From an uncultured candidate division Zixibacteria bacterium (GTDB lineage: Bacteria > Zixibacteria > MSB-5A5 > GN15 > PGXB01): DNA of 64,000 nt. Below, in pieces: positions 40,152 through 50,437 of this stretch. The DNA lies in the NCBI GenBank assembly GCA_963702205.1, contig OY969724.1, positions 2,496,001 through 2,560,000 on the forward strand. The letters run 5' to 3'. Under the pieces are notes generated by a model, which saw only the letters and a list, made by a program, of their open reading frames with translations, did no database searches and was not told the DNA's origin. Position numbers and translations under genes: made by a program. Each line of letters starts with the position of its first letter. Within the stretch, counting starts at the first letter, position 1.

Positions 40152-41663
40152 TTATTGAGTCTCTTCCGGTTTTTCGATTGAACCCGTGACCCGAAGTGAA
40201 GGATCAAGGTATTTTTTGGCGACGCGTCTTAAATCTTCGGTGGTAAGGGCATTGATCTTGTCCAGTTCCTTGAACAGGTTTTTCCAGTCTCCGGTTTTGT
40301 TTTGATAAGACGCGAGCTGCCCGGCCATGCCGTTATTGGAACCCATCAGATTTATTAAACCGGCTTTGTACTGAGCCTTTATTTTTTCAAGTTCACTTTG
40401 GGGGATCAGTTCGTTGCGGACTTTATCGATTTCGGCCAGGACGGTTTTTTCGTTATCGGCGTTGTTCGATTCGTTCGAGGGAACGCACAGAACGGAAAAC
40501 ATCGACGGGTATTTACTGCCGGGATAACCGGTAAAGGCCTGCACCTCGACAGCCGTTTTGTCTTCCTTGACCAGTTTCTTGTACAAGACCGACGTCCTTC
40601 CCGAGCCCAGATAATCGGCCAGAGCGTTCAGGGCGTGCCAGTCCGGGTTGACATCGGCCGGAATATGGTAACCCAGAATGAAGAGCGGCTGCGAGTTTTC
40701 GTACATCGTCGTGGTGCGAATGCCGTACGGATCGGCCTCACGTATATCAATCGGGCGGGCGGGCTTCCTGTCTTCAAGCTGTCCGAAATATTTATCGGCA
40801 AGCCTGATTGCGTTTTGCGGGTCGACGTCGCCGACAATGGCGACCGCTAAATTACGCGGGACATATTCTTTTTGGAACTGCTCGCGCATGACCTTTCGGC
40901 TGTAATTCTGGATTTCGTTCATTTCACCGGTCAGACATTTGCCGTATGGATGAGAATTATAAGCCAGACCGGAATATTCGGATCGGAACAGGCGACCGGT
41001 CGGCATGGATTCGACACGGTAGCGTCTTTCTTCGGCGACCACCTGCTTTTCCTGGAAAAATTCCCTCAAAATCGGCTCTTTGAAGCGAGTCGCTTCCAGA
41101 TACATCCACAATTCCAGCTTGTTGGACGGCAGGCTCATGTAATACACGGTATTGTCGAAGCCGGTACCGGCGTTTTTGCCGACGGCGCCTTCCATTTCAA
41201 GCAACTGGCTGTATTCATTGCTGACCACGTACTGCTCGGCCGAATCGGTCGCGGCCTGCCGTTCATTTTCCAGTTCGGCCAGCCTGGTTGAATCGGCCAG
41301 ATCACCTTTGGCGCGTTCGTCGAGAATCAGTTCAAAAATCCGATCTTCTTCGTCCATCCATTTCTTTTCTTTATTGTAATCGGTAGTGCCGATTTCCTTG
41401 TTTCCCTTGAAGGCCATGTGTTCGAACATGTGGGAAATACCCATCGAACCCATCGGGTCATCGGCCGCCCCGTAATTGACGTTGGTAAAACATGAAATGA
41501 CCGGGGCATCGTGCCTGGGGTAGACAATCAGGGTCAATCCATTGGCGAGTTTGTGCTCGACGATTTGATTTTCGACTTCGGAAAAGTCGAACGAATAAGC
41601 CGTCGATGCCAGCAACAAAAGAAGAAAGCCAAGGACTCCGATTCCTTTGATTTTGCTGTCCAT
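40152..41663 (-). CDS. M16 (pitrilysin) family zinc peptidase, catalytic subunit
   Basis: Inverzincin motif SHMFEHMAFKG; EKQVVAEERR; signal peptide. Confidence 0.93.
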   Translation of the reverse strand: MDSKIKGIGVLGFLLLLLASTAYSFDFSEVENQIVEHKLANGLTLIVYPRHDAPVISCFTNVNYGAADDPMGSMGISHMFEHMAFKGNKEIGTTDYNKEKKWMDEEDRIFELILDERAKGDLADSTRLAELENERQAATDSAEQYVVSNEYSQLLEMEGAVGKNAGTGFDNTVYYMSLPSNKLELWMYLEATRFKEPILREFFQEKQVVAEERRYRVESMPTGRLFRSEYSGLAYNSHPYGKCLTGEMNEIQNYSRKVMREQFQKEYVPRNLAVAIVGDVDPQNAIRLADKYFGQLEDRKPARPIDIREADPYGIRTTTMYENSQPLFILGYHIPADVNPDWHALNALADYLGSGRTSVLYKKLVKEDKTAVEVQAFTGYPGSKYPSMFSVLCVPSNESNNADNEKTVLAEIDKVRNELIPQSELEKIKAQYKAGLINLMGSNNGMAGQLASYQNKTGDWKNLFKELDKINALTTEDLRRVAKKYLDPSLRVTGSIEKPEETQ

Positions 41664-41883
41664 TAAATTCCTCCTGGTTATTTAAATTAGATAGTCACTT
41701 CCGAATTTAATAACTGTCGTATAATGAAAAATATTTTTTTGGCATAATCCGATAAGATTAAAATAATTCCGGGATTTGTCAATATGAAGATTCATCAGAT
41801 TTTATAATGTATCCATGCACAATCTCCCCCGATTCTTTGACGGTAACTTCTAAATTGCCGAATTGGAGCTTTGGTTCCAAAAG

Positions 41884-41909
41884 AAAACCCCGACCAGAGC
41901 CGGGGTTTT
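41884..41909 (-). terminator. Rho-independent terminator after glgP
   Basis: AAAACCCCG-ACCAGAGC-CGGGGTTTT. Confidence 0.7.
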
Positions 41910-41930
41910 GTAAAAACTATATTACATATC

Positions 41931-44489
41931 TTACCACCATTTAACCAGTTTGGGAATTCGGTTGTGGATAAGATTATCGTTTTTGGGCATGACACGCGCG
42001 GCGATTCCGAAACGCCCCGATTCCTTGCAGACAACTTCGGTTTTATAAACGAAGATTCCACCTTCGCCGGAACCGTCTTCGAGGCTGGCCTTGACCGGAT
42101 CGTAGTTGTTCATCTGTTCGAGAGAATTCAGGTTGCCGGCGATGACCTCGACGTCGACGTCTTGGGGTAATATCTCGCCCAGCCGGACTTTTAATTTTAC
42201 CGGCAGGATATCGCCGACGCGGGGGGATGTGTCCATCGATGGGGTTTCGACTTCTTCAAACGCGATGTTATCCCAGCGATTGGAAAGTTCTTTTTGCCAC
42301 GATGCCAGGGATTTGGCGGCCGCGAAGTCCCCCGTGCAGAATTTCCGGCAGGCGTCCATGGCGGGCACATAGAAGTTTTGAGTATAATCCCGAACCATAC
42401 GAAAGGCGCTGAAGTCGTTGCAGGCCATGCGAATGGAGTTTTTCATCATGTTCACCCATTCTATGGGAAGACCGGCGCTGTTGCGTTTATAAAACAACGG
42501 GATGACTTCGCGTTCGAGAGTATCGTATAAGAATTGGCCGTCGAGTTTGTCCTGTATCTCGCGGTTTTCGTATTCTTCGCCGTTTCCGATTTTAAAACCG
42601 GTGTCGGGCGTGTATCCTTCGCACCACCAACCGTCGAGGATGGACACGTTCACCGCTCCGTTGAGGGCGGCTTTCATGCCGCTGGTGCCCGAGGCTTCCT
42701 GCGGCCGCCGGGGATTGTTAAGCCAGATGTCGATACCCTGGACCAGATAGCGGGCGACGTTGATATCGTAGTCTTCAAGAAATACCACGCGGCGGCGGAA
42801 ATCATCGCCGGAGGCAATATTTAAAATCTCTTTTATAATTTCTTTGCCGGGATTATCCAGGGGATGGGCCTTGCCGGCGAGCATTATCTGGACCGGCCTT
42901 TCGGCATTCCAGATTATTTTTTTAAGCCTGTCGATGTCTTTGAATAGCAGACCGGCCCTTTTATAGGTCGAGAAGCGCCGGGCAAAGCCGATCGTCAGTA
43001 TTTGCGGGTCGAGGACTTCGTCGGCCTGCTTGATATCTATAGCGCTGGCGCCACGGTGGCCCAGCTGTCCTTTAAGGCGTTTGCGTGCGAAAAAGACCAG
43101 ACGTTCGCGGCGTCTTTGATGGACCCTCCACAACTCGGCATCGGGGATTTTCTGAACGGCTTCCCAGTCCTCGAAACGCGACGGTTGCTTTGTGAATTTG
43201 GGTCCGAAATAGGTGTCGAAAAGATCGACCAAATCGTGACTGAGCCACGACCGAACGTGCACGCCATTGGTGATCGACTTGACCGGGATTTCTTCGACCG
43301 GCAGATTGGGCCAGATATTGTGCCACATCTTGCGGGTAACCTGGCCATGCAGTTTCGAGACGCCGTTGTTGAAGGCGGATAGTTTTAAGGCCGCAACCGT
43401 CATGCAAAACGGTTCTTTGTCGTCGGACGGGAAGACCCGACCAAGTGACAGGAATTGATCCCAGTTAAGGCCGATTTTTTCTACGTAATCTTTGAGATAG
43501 CGTTCCAGGAGTTTGGGATCGAAAGTCTCGTTACCGGCGGGGACGGGGGTATGGGACGTGAAAACCGTCGTGGGCCAGACGACCTGGACGGCTTCGTCGA
43601 AATTCAAGCCGTTGTCATCGATAAGAGTCCGAATTCTTTCCAGCAGAAGGAATGCAGAATGGCCCTCGTTCATGTGATAGACCGACGGTTGTATTCCCAA
43701 CGTTTTCAAAGCTTTAACGCCGCCGATGCCGAGCAGAATCTCCTGTCGGAGGCGCGTGTCTTTATCACCGCTGTAAAGGACCGAGGTGATCTCCCGATAT
43801 TTGGTCGAATTTTCGGGAATATTGGTATCCATAAGGTATAGCGGAGTCACGCCTACCATCGCTTTCCAAACCTGCACGTGGACCGGAGTTCCGGAGAAAT
43901 TAACGGTAAACCTTACCGGATTGCCGCTGGCGTCTTTTTCGAGCGTCACCGGCATGTGGTACCAGTCGTTTTCTTCGTAGCGTTCCTGCTGCCATCCATC
44001 GGAGGACAGAAATTGCCTGAAATAACCATAACGGTACAGCAATCCCACTGCCACCAGAGGCAAACCCATGTCGCTGGCAGCCTTAAGATGGTCTCCGGAA
44101 AGGACGCCCAGACCGCCGGAATAAATCGGCAAACCGGTGTCTATTCCGTATTCACAGGAGAAATAGGCGATTCGGGCCTGCTTATACTGTCCGAATTTGT
44201 CATCAAACCAGCGTTTGGAATCGAGATAGGACTTGTAGTCGGTGTAGACGCGGTCCAGACTGGCCAGAAAGGCCTCATCGGAGGCAACCTCCTCGAGCTT
44301 TTTCTGGGGAAGATAGGCCAGCATTTCAATGGGATTCTGGTAGGATTTTTCCCACATTTCGCTGTCGATGCGGATAAATAGCCGAACTATATCCCAATTC
44401 CACGAAAACCACAAGTTCATGGCCAGTTCGCGAAGGGGTTGTATTCTTTCCGGTAAATTGGGGAGGACTAAAAATTGTTTGACTCTCAT
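41931..44489 (-). CDS. glgP: Alpha-glucan (glycogen/starch) phosphorylase
   Basis: YSGGLGVLSGDHLK, HMNEGH, ITNGVH, GFARRF, and the PLP-lysine motif EASGTSGMK. Confidence 0.96.
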   Translation of the reverse strand: MRVKQFLVLPNLPERIQPLRELAMNLWFSWNWDIVRLFIRIDSEMWEKSYQNPIEMLAYLPQKKLEEVASDEAFLASLDRVYTDYKSYLDSKRWFDDKFGQYKQARIAYFSCEYGIDTGLPIYSGGLGVLSGDHLKAASDMGLPLVAVGLLYRYGYFRQFLSSDGWQQERYEENDWYHMPVTLEKDASGNPVRFTVNFSGTPVHVQVWKAMVGVTPLYLMDTNIPENSTKYREITSVLYSGDKDTRLRQEILLGIGGVKALKTLGIQPSVYHMNEGHSAFLLLERIRTLIDDNGLNFDEAVQVVWPTTVFTSHTPVPAGNETFDPKLLERYLKDYVEKIGLNWDQFLSLGRVFPSDDKEPFCMTVAALKLSAFNNGVSKLHGQVTRKMWHNIWPNLPVEEIPVKSITNGVHVRSWLSHDLVDLFDTYFGPKFTKQPSRFEDWEAVQKIPDAELWRVHQRRRERLVFFARKRLKGQLGHRGASAIDIKQADEVLDPQILTIGFARRFSTYKRAGLLFKDIDRLKKIIWNAERPVQIMLAGKAHPLDNPGKEIIKEILNIASGDDFRRRVVFLEDYDINVARYLVQGIDIWLNNPRRPQEASGTSGMKAALNGAVNVSILDGWWCEGYTPDTGFKIGNGEEYENREIQDKLDGQFLYDTLEREVIPLFYKRNSAGLPIEWVNMMKNSIRMACNDFSAFRMVRDYTQNFYVPAMDACRKFCTGDFAAAKSLASWQKELSNRWDNIAFEEVETPSMDTSPRVGDILPVKLKVRLGEILPQDVDVEVIAGNLNSLEQMNNYDPVKASLEDGSGEGGIFVYKTEVVCKESGRFGIAARVMPKNDNLIHNRIPKLVKWW

Positions 44490-44671
44490 ATTCACTGACT
44501 CTGTTTAAAATTCCTTTTTGCGCTGACACCGTCCATATGTCTCATGTCGTCAGTTGACTTTATGAATTTATATCAATTATGATATATATACAAGTTATTT
44601 TGCCGATCTTAAAAAGTAATCTGTATAACATAGGAACACGACAATCCATAATAGAACCAGGGAGATTAAAA

Positions 44672-46246
44672 ATGGAAAAGAATCTTGCAATGTACGGTTT
44701 GACCAATACGGGACAGGTGAGCTGGAATCTTCCGACCCCCGCTTTGTACGAAGAAATAATAAGGAATCGCGAAGGTTTCGTAGGTCACCTGGGACCGATC
44801 GTGGTGCGCACCGGTCATCATACCGGCCGTTCACCGAAAGATAAATTCATCGTCGATGAACCGTCGTCGCACGATAAAATCTGGTGGGGCAAGGAGAACC
44901 GTCCGTTTTCGCCGCAGCAGTTCGATGCGCTGTATTTCCGGGCGCTGGCATATTTGCAAGGCAAGCAGCTCTACGTCCAGGATTGTTATTCCGGCGCGGA
45001 CGAAAAGTACCGCATGCCGGTAAGAATTATAAACGAAACCGCATGGCACAATTTATTTGCCCGCAATATGTTCATCCGGGCGCAAACGGAAGAGGAGCTG
45101 AAAGATTTTCAACCTCAGTTTACCGTCCTGCACATGCCGCATTTTCATGCCGTCCCGGAACTCGATGGCACCAATTCCGAGGCTTTCGTAATTTTGAATT
45201 TCGCCAGGAAAATGGTCCTGATCGGCGGGACCCAGTACGCCGGTGAGATAAAAAAAGCCATCTTTACGGTCATGAACTATTTCCTGCCGCAGAAAAGTGT
45301 GCTGACCATGCACTGTTCGGCCAATATGGGCCACGATGACGACGTGGCGATCTTTTTCGGGCTGTCCGGGACCGGCAAGACGACGCTCTCGACCGACCCG
45401 GAAAGGCGATTGATCGGTGACGACGAGCACGGCTGGAGCGATAGCGGCGTATTTAATTTTGAGGGCGGCTGTTATGCCAAGGTCATAAAGCTTTCCGAAG
45501 AAGGCGAACCGGAAATTTATGAATGTACCCGCAAGTTCGGAACGATACTCGAAAATGTCGCCATAAATAATAATAACCGACGGATCGACCTCGATGACGA
45601 CGGGCTGACCGAAAATACCCGGGCCGCCTACCCGATTACGCACATCGAGAATATCGTGAAAAGAGGCTATGGCGGTCATCCGAAAAATATTATCCTGTTG
45701 ACCGCCGATGCTTTCGGAGTCATGCCCCCGGTCGCGGAGCTCACGCCCGAACATGCCAGGACGTATTTCCTGATCGGTTATACGGCCAAAGTGGCCGGTA
45801 CGGAAAAAGGTATTACGGAACCCAAGGCGACGTACAGCCCGTGTTTCGGCGCTCCTTTCATGGCGCTGGAGCCGGAGGTCTACGCCGATCTGCTGGCTGC
45901 GAAGATTAAGAAGCACGATGTCAAGTGCTGGCTGGTTAATACCGGCTGGATTAACGGGCCGTACGGCACCGGACAAAGAATAAGCATCGCGCATACGCGC
46001 TCGATAGTGCACGCCATACTCGACGGCAGCCTGGCTAAAATGCCGACCAAAATGCACGACATATTTGGCCTGAATATGCCGGAGAAGTGCCCTAACGTGC
46101 CTTCGAAAGTACTCGATCCGGCGTCCGGCTGGACCGACAAACAGGCTTACAAGAGCCAGGCGACAAAACTTGCCCAGTCATTTGAAAATGTTTATAATGA
46201 ATTCGTAACGAATGAAAAAGTAAAGGAAGCCGGAGTTCCAAGTTAA
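44672..46246 (+). CDS. pckA: Phosphoenolpyruvate carboxykinase (ATP)
   Basis: TGRSPKDKF, GGTQYAGEIKK, FGLSGTGKTTLS, LIGDDEHGW, EGGCYAK and ENTR. Confidence 0.97.
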   Translation: MEKNLAMYGLTNTGQVSWNLPTPALYEEIIRNREGFVGHLGPIVVRTGHHTGRSPKDKFIVDEPSSHDKIWWGKENRPFSPQQFDALYFRALAYLQGKQLYVQDCYSGADEKYRMPVRIINETAWHNLFARNMFIRAQTEEELKDFQPQFTVLHMPHFHAVPELDGTNSEAFVILNFARKMVLIGGTQYAGEIKKAIFTVMNYFLPQKSVLTMHCSANMGHDDDVAIFFGLSGTGKTTLSTDPERRLIGDDEHGWSDSGVFNFEGGCYAKVIKLSEEGEPEIYECTRKFGTILENVAINNNNRRIDLDDDGLTENTRAAYPITHIENIVKRGYGGHPKNIILLTADAFGVMPPVAELTPEHARTYFLIGYTAKVAGTEKGITEPKATYSPCFGAPFMALEPEVYADLLAAKIKKHDVKCWLVNTGWINGPYGTGQRISIAHTRSIVHAILDGSLAKMPTKMHDIFGLNMPEKCPNVPSKVLDPASGWTDKQAYKSQATKLAQSFENVYNEFVTNEKVKEAGVPS

Positions 46247-46257
46247 GAGAGGGATTT

Positions 46258-47385
46258 ATGGCCGAAAAAATGAAGCTGGGAGTGCTGACCGGGGGAGGAG
46301 ATTGCCCCGGCCTTAATGCCGTGATACGGGCCGTTGTGAAGACGGCTATCAATGACTATGACATGGAAGTGGTCGGCTTTCTGGACGGCTATGAGGGGCT
46401 CGTTGAGAATAGATACAGAGAATTGAAGGCTCGCGATGTTTCAGGCATTCTCACTCTCGGCGGGACGATCCTGGGGACCTCGAACCGGGCCGACCCGTTC
46501 AAATATCCCGTGCTCCAGGGCGACGATTACGTTTATATGGACCGGTCATCACAAGCCGTACAGAATTTCGAACGGCTCGGTCTGGATGCCCTGATCGCGA
46601 TCGGCGGCGATGGTACCATGGCGGCGTCGAACGGGATGACTCAAAAAGGCCTCAATATTATCGGCGTGCCTAAAACGATCGACAATGATTTGATGGGCAC
46701 CGATCAGACGTTCGGCTTCGATTCGGCCGTGGCATCGGCGGCCGATGCCCTCGATAAAGTCCATAGTACGGCTCAGTCTCATCACAGGGTCATGATAGTT
46801 GAAGTCATGGGCCGGTATGCCGGGTGGCTGGCGCTGGCGTCGGGTATCGCGGGCGGCGGCGATATTATCCTGATCCCGGAATTGCCGTATCATATAGACG
46901 TGGTCTGCGACAAAATCCGTGAGCGTAACCGCAAGGGCAAGAACTTCAGCATTATCGTGATCGGTGAAGGAGCCAGGCCTGAGGGCGGCGACATGGTAAT
47001 CAAACGAATGATCGCCAACAGCCCCGATAAGGTCAGGTTGGGGGGAATTTCCAACCAGCTGGCCGCCCAGATTGAGGGTATTACAAATATTGAAACTCGC
47101 GTCACCATTCTCGGGCATTTGCTCCGGGGCGGCACGCCGACCGCTTTCGATCGAATTCTCGCCAGTCGTTTCGGTTCCGAGGCGGTGCATTTGGCCTACT
47201 CAGGTAAATTTGGCCGTATGGTTGCCCTTAAAGGCGCGGATATTGACAGCGTCCCGGTGGAGGAAGTCGCGGGCAGAGTCCGCAAGGTTCCGATCGACTC
47301 TCACTATTTAAAGACGGCCATTTCATTGGGCACTAATATGGGGGTAGAGAAGCTGGAGCCGATAGAAACGCCACAGGAAGTATAG
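46258..47385 (+). CDS. pfkA: 6-phosphofructokinase, probably ATP-dependent (GGDG motif)
   Basis: TGGGDCPGLN, IGGDGT, PKTIDND and EVMGR. Confidence 0.94.
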   Translation: MAEKMKLGVLTGGGDCPGLNAVIRAVVKTAINDYDMEVVGFLDGYEGLVENRYRELKARDVSGILTLGGTILGTSNRADPFKYPVLQGDDYVYMDRSSQAVQNFERLGLDALIAIGGDGTMAASNGMTQKGLNIIGVPKTIDNDLMGTDQTFGFDSAVASAADALDKVHSTAQSHHRVMIVEVMGRYAGWLALASGIAGGGDIILIPELPYHIDVVCDKIRERNRKGKNFSIIVIGEGARPEGGDMVIKRMIANSPDKVRLGGISNQLAAQIEGITNIETRVTILGHLLRGGTPTAFDRILASRFGSEAVHLAYSGKFGRMVALKGADIDSVPVEEVAGRVRKVPIDSHYLKTAISLGTNMGVEKLEPIETPQEV

Positions 47386-47406
47386 AATCAAGATAATTCT
47401 ATTTTG

Positions 47407-47433
47407 AAAGGAGCCTTCGGGCTCCTTTTTTTT
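47407..47433 (+). terminator. Rho-independent terminator
   Basis: AAAGGAGCC-TTCG-GGCTCC followed by T8. Confidence 0.9.
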
Positions 47434-47448
47434 GGCACCGCCAACCGA

Positions 47449-47477
47449 TTGACATTTCGGCCGCAAAAATGTATGTT
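47449..47477 (+). promoter_or_regulatory. sigma70-type promoter for tdh-kbl
   Basis: TTGACA-N17-TATGTT. Confidence 0.5.
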
Positions 47478-47519
47478 TGATTTTTTAACGAAGTAAAATT
47501 CTTCCAGAAAGGTTCGGCA

Positions 47520-48590
47520 ATGTCTGAAAAAATGTTGGCGGCCGTAAAGACCAAACCCGAAGCAGGATTCGAGCTGGTTGAAGTCGATATTCCCAAACCG
47601 GGACCAGATGAAGTTCTTATTCAGGTAAAAGCAGCCTCTATTTGCGGCACGGATAAACATATATTAGCATGGGATCCATGGGCACAAGCGAGAATCAAAC
47701 CACCCATGATTTTCGGCCATGAATGCTGCGGGATCGTCGTAGAAATCGGCAAGAACGTCACGAGAGTAAAAACCGGTGATTATATATCCGCCGAAACTCA
47801 TATCCCGTGTCAGCATTGCTTCCAGTGCCGGACCGGAAACATGCACCTGTGTCGCAATCTTGTAATTTTGGGTGTCGATCGGGACGGCATTTTCGCGGAG
47901 TACGCTACGATACCAGAAGTATGCTGCTGGAAAAATCATCCCGATCTTCCGCTTGATATCGCGTCGGTGCAGGAGCCGTTAGGGAACGCCGTATATACCG
48001 TAATGGAAAGCAACGTTGGGGCCAAGCGCATTGCCATAATCGGTGACGGCCCGACCGCCAATCTTGCCTGCGGTGTGGCCAACGTCGTGGGAGCCTCGTT
48101 GATATACAGCCTCGGCATGGCGGATTTCAATTTGAATATCTGCAAAAAGATGGGCGCCGATATTGCCATAAATGTAACCAGGGAAAAAGACTATGTCAAA
48201 CGCATCGTCGATGAAACCGACGGCGGGGTGGATGTCGTACTCGACATGGCCGGGAATAAAAATGCCGTGAGCGACGGTTTCGCCATCCTGAGGAAAACGG
48301 GTACGTACACATCGTTCGGGATATCGTCGACACCGTTCGAGTTCGATATGGCGAATAACATAGTTTTCAAAGGCGCCAAAGTAATTGGCATCAACGGCCG
48401 TAAAATGTTCGAGACATGGTATCAGATTCGGAATTTGCTGGATTATAAACAGTTGATCATTGCTCCGGTGATAACCCATCACTTTGCCTTTAAGGATTTT
48501 GGTAAAGCGGCCGAGACGGCGCTATCGCCGGAAATTGATTCATCCAAGGTCGTCCTGATGCCGTTTCCGGTGGATGAAAACGGAGAATGA
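47520..48590 (+). CDS. tdh: L-threonine 3-dehydrogenase
   Basis: ICGTDKHI..WD.WAQ, GHE, CxxCxxC..C, QEPLGNAV and GRKMFETWY; adjacent to kbl. Confidence 0.93.
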   Translation: MSEKMLAAVKTKPEAGFELVEVDIPKPGPDEVLIQVKAASICGTDKHILAWDPWAQARIKPPMIFGHECCGIVVEIGKNVTRVKTGDYISAETHIPCQHCFQCRTGNMHLCRNLVILGVDRDGIFAEYATIPEVCCWKNHPDLPLDIASVQEPLGNAVYTVMESNVGAKRIAIIGDGPTANLACGVANVVGASLIYSLGMADFNLNICKKMGADIAINVTREKDYVKRIVDETDGGVDVVLDMAGNKNAVSDGFAILRKTGTYTSFGISSTPFEFDMANNIVFKGAKVIGINGRKMFETWYQIRNLLDYKQLIIAPVITHHFAFKDFGKAAETALSPEIDSSKVVLMPFPVDENGE

Positions 48591-48610
48591 TATAAACCGT
48601 GGAGGAATAG

Positions 48611-49855
48611 ATGCCATACAATAAAGCTCGTGAATTTTATTCTCAAACACTGGACAGCATCAAGAAGGACGGACTTTTAAAAGAAGAGCGATATATCCAT
48701 TCGCCTCAAGCGGCCGATATCAGCGTGGAATATCCGTCGGGCGCGGCTGTATCAAATGTGATTAATCTATGCGCGAATAATTATCTGGGATTATCGAGTC
48801 ATCCTGATGTCATACAGGCCGCCCACGACGGGCTTGAAAATCGGGGCTACGGGATGTCCTCGGTGCGTTTCATCTGCGGTACACAGGACATCCACCGCGA
48901 ACTGGAGCGCAAGATCAGCAAATTCCTCGGCACCGATGATACGATTCTGTTTTCATCGTGCATGGATGCCAACGCCGCCGTGTTCGAAGCACTGTTCGGG
49001 CCGGAGGACGCCCTTATTTGTGACCGGTTGATTCATGCGTCGATAATCGACGGTTGTCGTTTATGTAAAGCGCAGAGACATGTTTATGAGCACGCCGATA
49101 TGTACGTGCTCGAAAAAATATTGAAAGAAACACAATCGGCGCGGTTGCGTCTGATAGTAACCGACGGTGTCTTTTCGATGGACGGGGATTTGGCCAAGCT
49201 CGATAAAATCTGCGCGCTGGCCGATAAGTATGATGCTTTGACTTTTGTCGATGACAGCCACGCCACCGGATTTATCGGGAAGACCGGTCGGGGGACCCAC
49301 GAGCATTTCGGCGTCATGAATAAAATCGATATTATCACGACCACGCTCGGCAAGGCACTGGGCGGTGCCTCGGGCGGCTGTATCAGCGCCCATCAGGAGA
49401 TGGTCGACGTACTGCGGCAGAGAGCACGGACGTACTTGTTTTCAAATTCTCTGCCTCCTGTTATAGCATCGGCCGCCAATAAAGTCATGGATATAATCTC
49501 ATCGACGACTGAGCGGCGCGACAAACTCGAAGAACTAACCAGGTTTTTCCGTTTGGAGATGACATCGCGCGGCTTTGATATAGTACCCGGTTTTCATCCC
49601 ATAGTACCGATTATGCTGTACAATGCCAAATTGGCGCAGGACGTAGCGAAAGATTTGTACTTCAAGGGTATATACGTAATCGGCTTTTTCTTCCCGGTGG
49701 TTCCGCGCGGTGAAGCGAGAATCCGGGTCCAAATTTCCGCCGGACACGAGAACCATCACTTGCAGAAGGCTATCGACGCCTTTACCGAAATCGGGGAGAA
49801 GTACAAGATTCTCGGCAAGTCCAGGGATGACATTATCGAGATGTACGGTACCTGA
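48611..49855 (+). CDS. kbl: Glycine C-acetyltransferase (2-amino-3-ketobutyrate CoA ligase)
   Basis: CANNYLGLS, SVRFICGTQ, DGVFSMDGD, TLGKALGG and ARIRVQISA. Confidence 0.96.
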   Translation: MPYNKAREFYSQTLDSIKKDGLLKEERYIHSPQAADISVEYPSGAAVSNVINLCANNYLGLSSHPDVIQAAHDGLENRGYGMSSVRFICGTQDIHRELERKISKFLGTDDTILFSSCMDANAAVFEALFGPEDALICDRLIHASIIDGCRLCKAQRHVYEHADMYVLEKILKETQSARLRLIVTDGVFSMDGDLAKLDKICALADKYDALTFVDDSHATGFIGKTGRGTHEHFGVMNKIDIITTTLGKALGGASGGCISAHQEMVDVLRQRARTYLFSNSLPPVIASAANKVMDIISSTTERRDKLEELTRFFRLEMTSRGFDIVPGFHPIVPIMLYNAKLAQDVAKDLYFKGIYVIGFFFPVVPRGEARIRVQISAGHENHHLQKAIDAFTEIGEKYKILGKSRDDIIEMYGT

Positions 49856-49880
49856 TATTATAGAATGATCAGCCGGGCGT

Positions 49881-50375
49881 TTAATATCCGGCGTTTAAAT
49901 AAAATTCCAGATAATTGCGACCTTCTTCGGTCAGCTCGTAGTACGTATGATTCCGGTGTTTAATCCATTTATTTTGAGCAATGCCCCTGCGGTACTGCAT
50001 CATGAGCGGTTTGACCCGGGTCAACAATCCCATATCTCTTAGTTTCTGGTGTATATCAAAGACAGTTTGTTTTTCCTTGTGGTACATCGAGGCGACTTTC
50101 AAAGAGTAGTCGACACCCCAGTCGAGATGGTGCCTGAGGATTTTGAAATCCAGTTCGGTCAGTTCGGAGTAGTCTGAGTCCGGTTGGAAATCTTCGGACG
50201 CCAGGATGTCTTGCCAGTTGAGCTGTACGAGGCGACTCTGGTCGGCTTTTTGCAGGCTGGGGCAGGCGGCCTTGTGCACTTTAAGAATATTGTCAAAGCT
50301 GAAATAACCAATGATGGCGTCGTCGATTGTCGGGTGACAACAGTTGGCCAGTATATAATCTTCCTTGAGGTTCAT
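49881..50375 (-). CDS. Small fusion of a RelA/SpoT CC (Zn-finger)-like domain and a DUF2250-like winged helix
   Basis: LANCCHP..DAIIGY..VHK..C..RLVQLNW, followed by GVDYS...HRNHTYYELTEEG. Confidence 0.65.
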   Translation of the reverse strand: MNLKEDYILANCCHPTIDDAIIGYFSFDNILKVHKAACPSLQKADQSRLVQLNWQDILASEDFQPDSDYSELTELDFKILRHHLDWGVDYSLKVASMYHKEKQTVFDIHQKLRDMGLLTRVKPLMMQYRRGIAQNKWIKHRNHTYYELTEEGRNYLEFYLNAGY

Positions 50376-50437
50376 TCCCTGCTATCTGAGCGACAAGCAA
50401 TCGAACATCCCAAACAGCGCGGCATCATTAATGCAGT

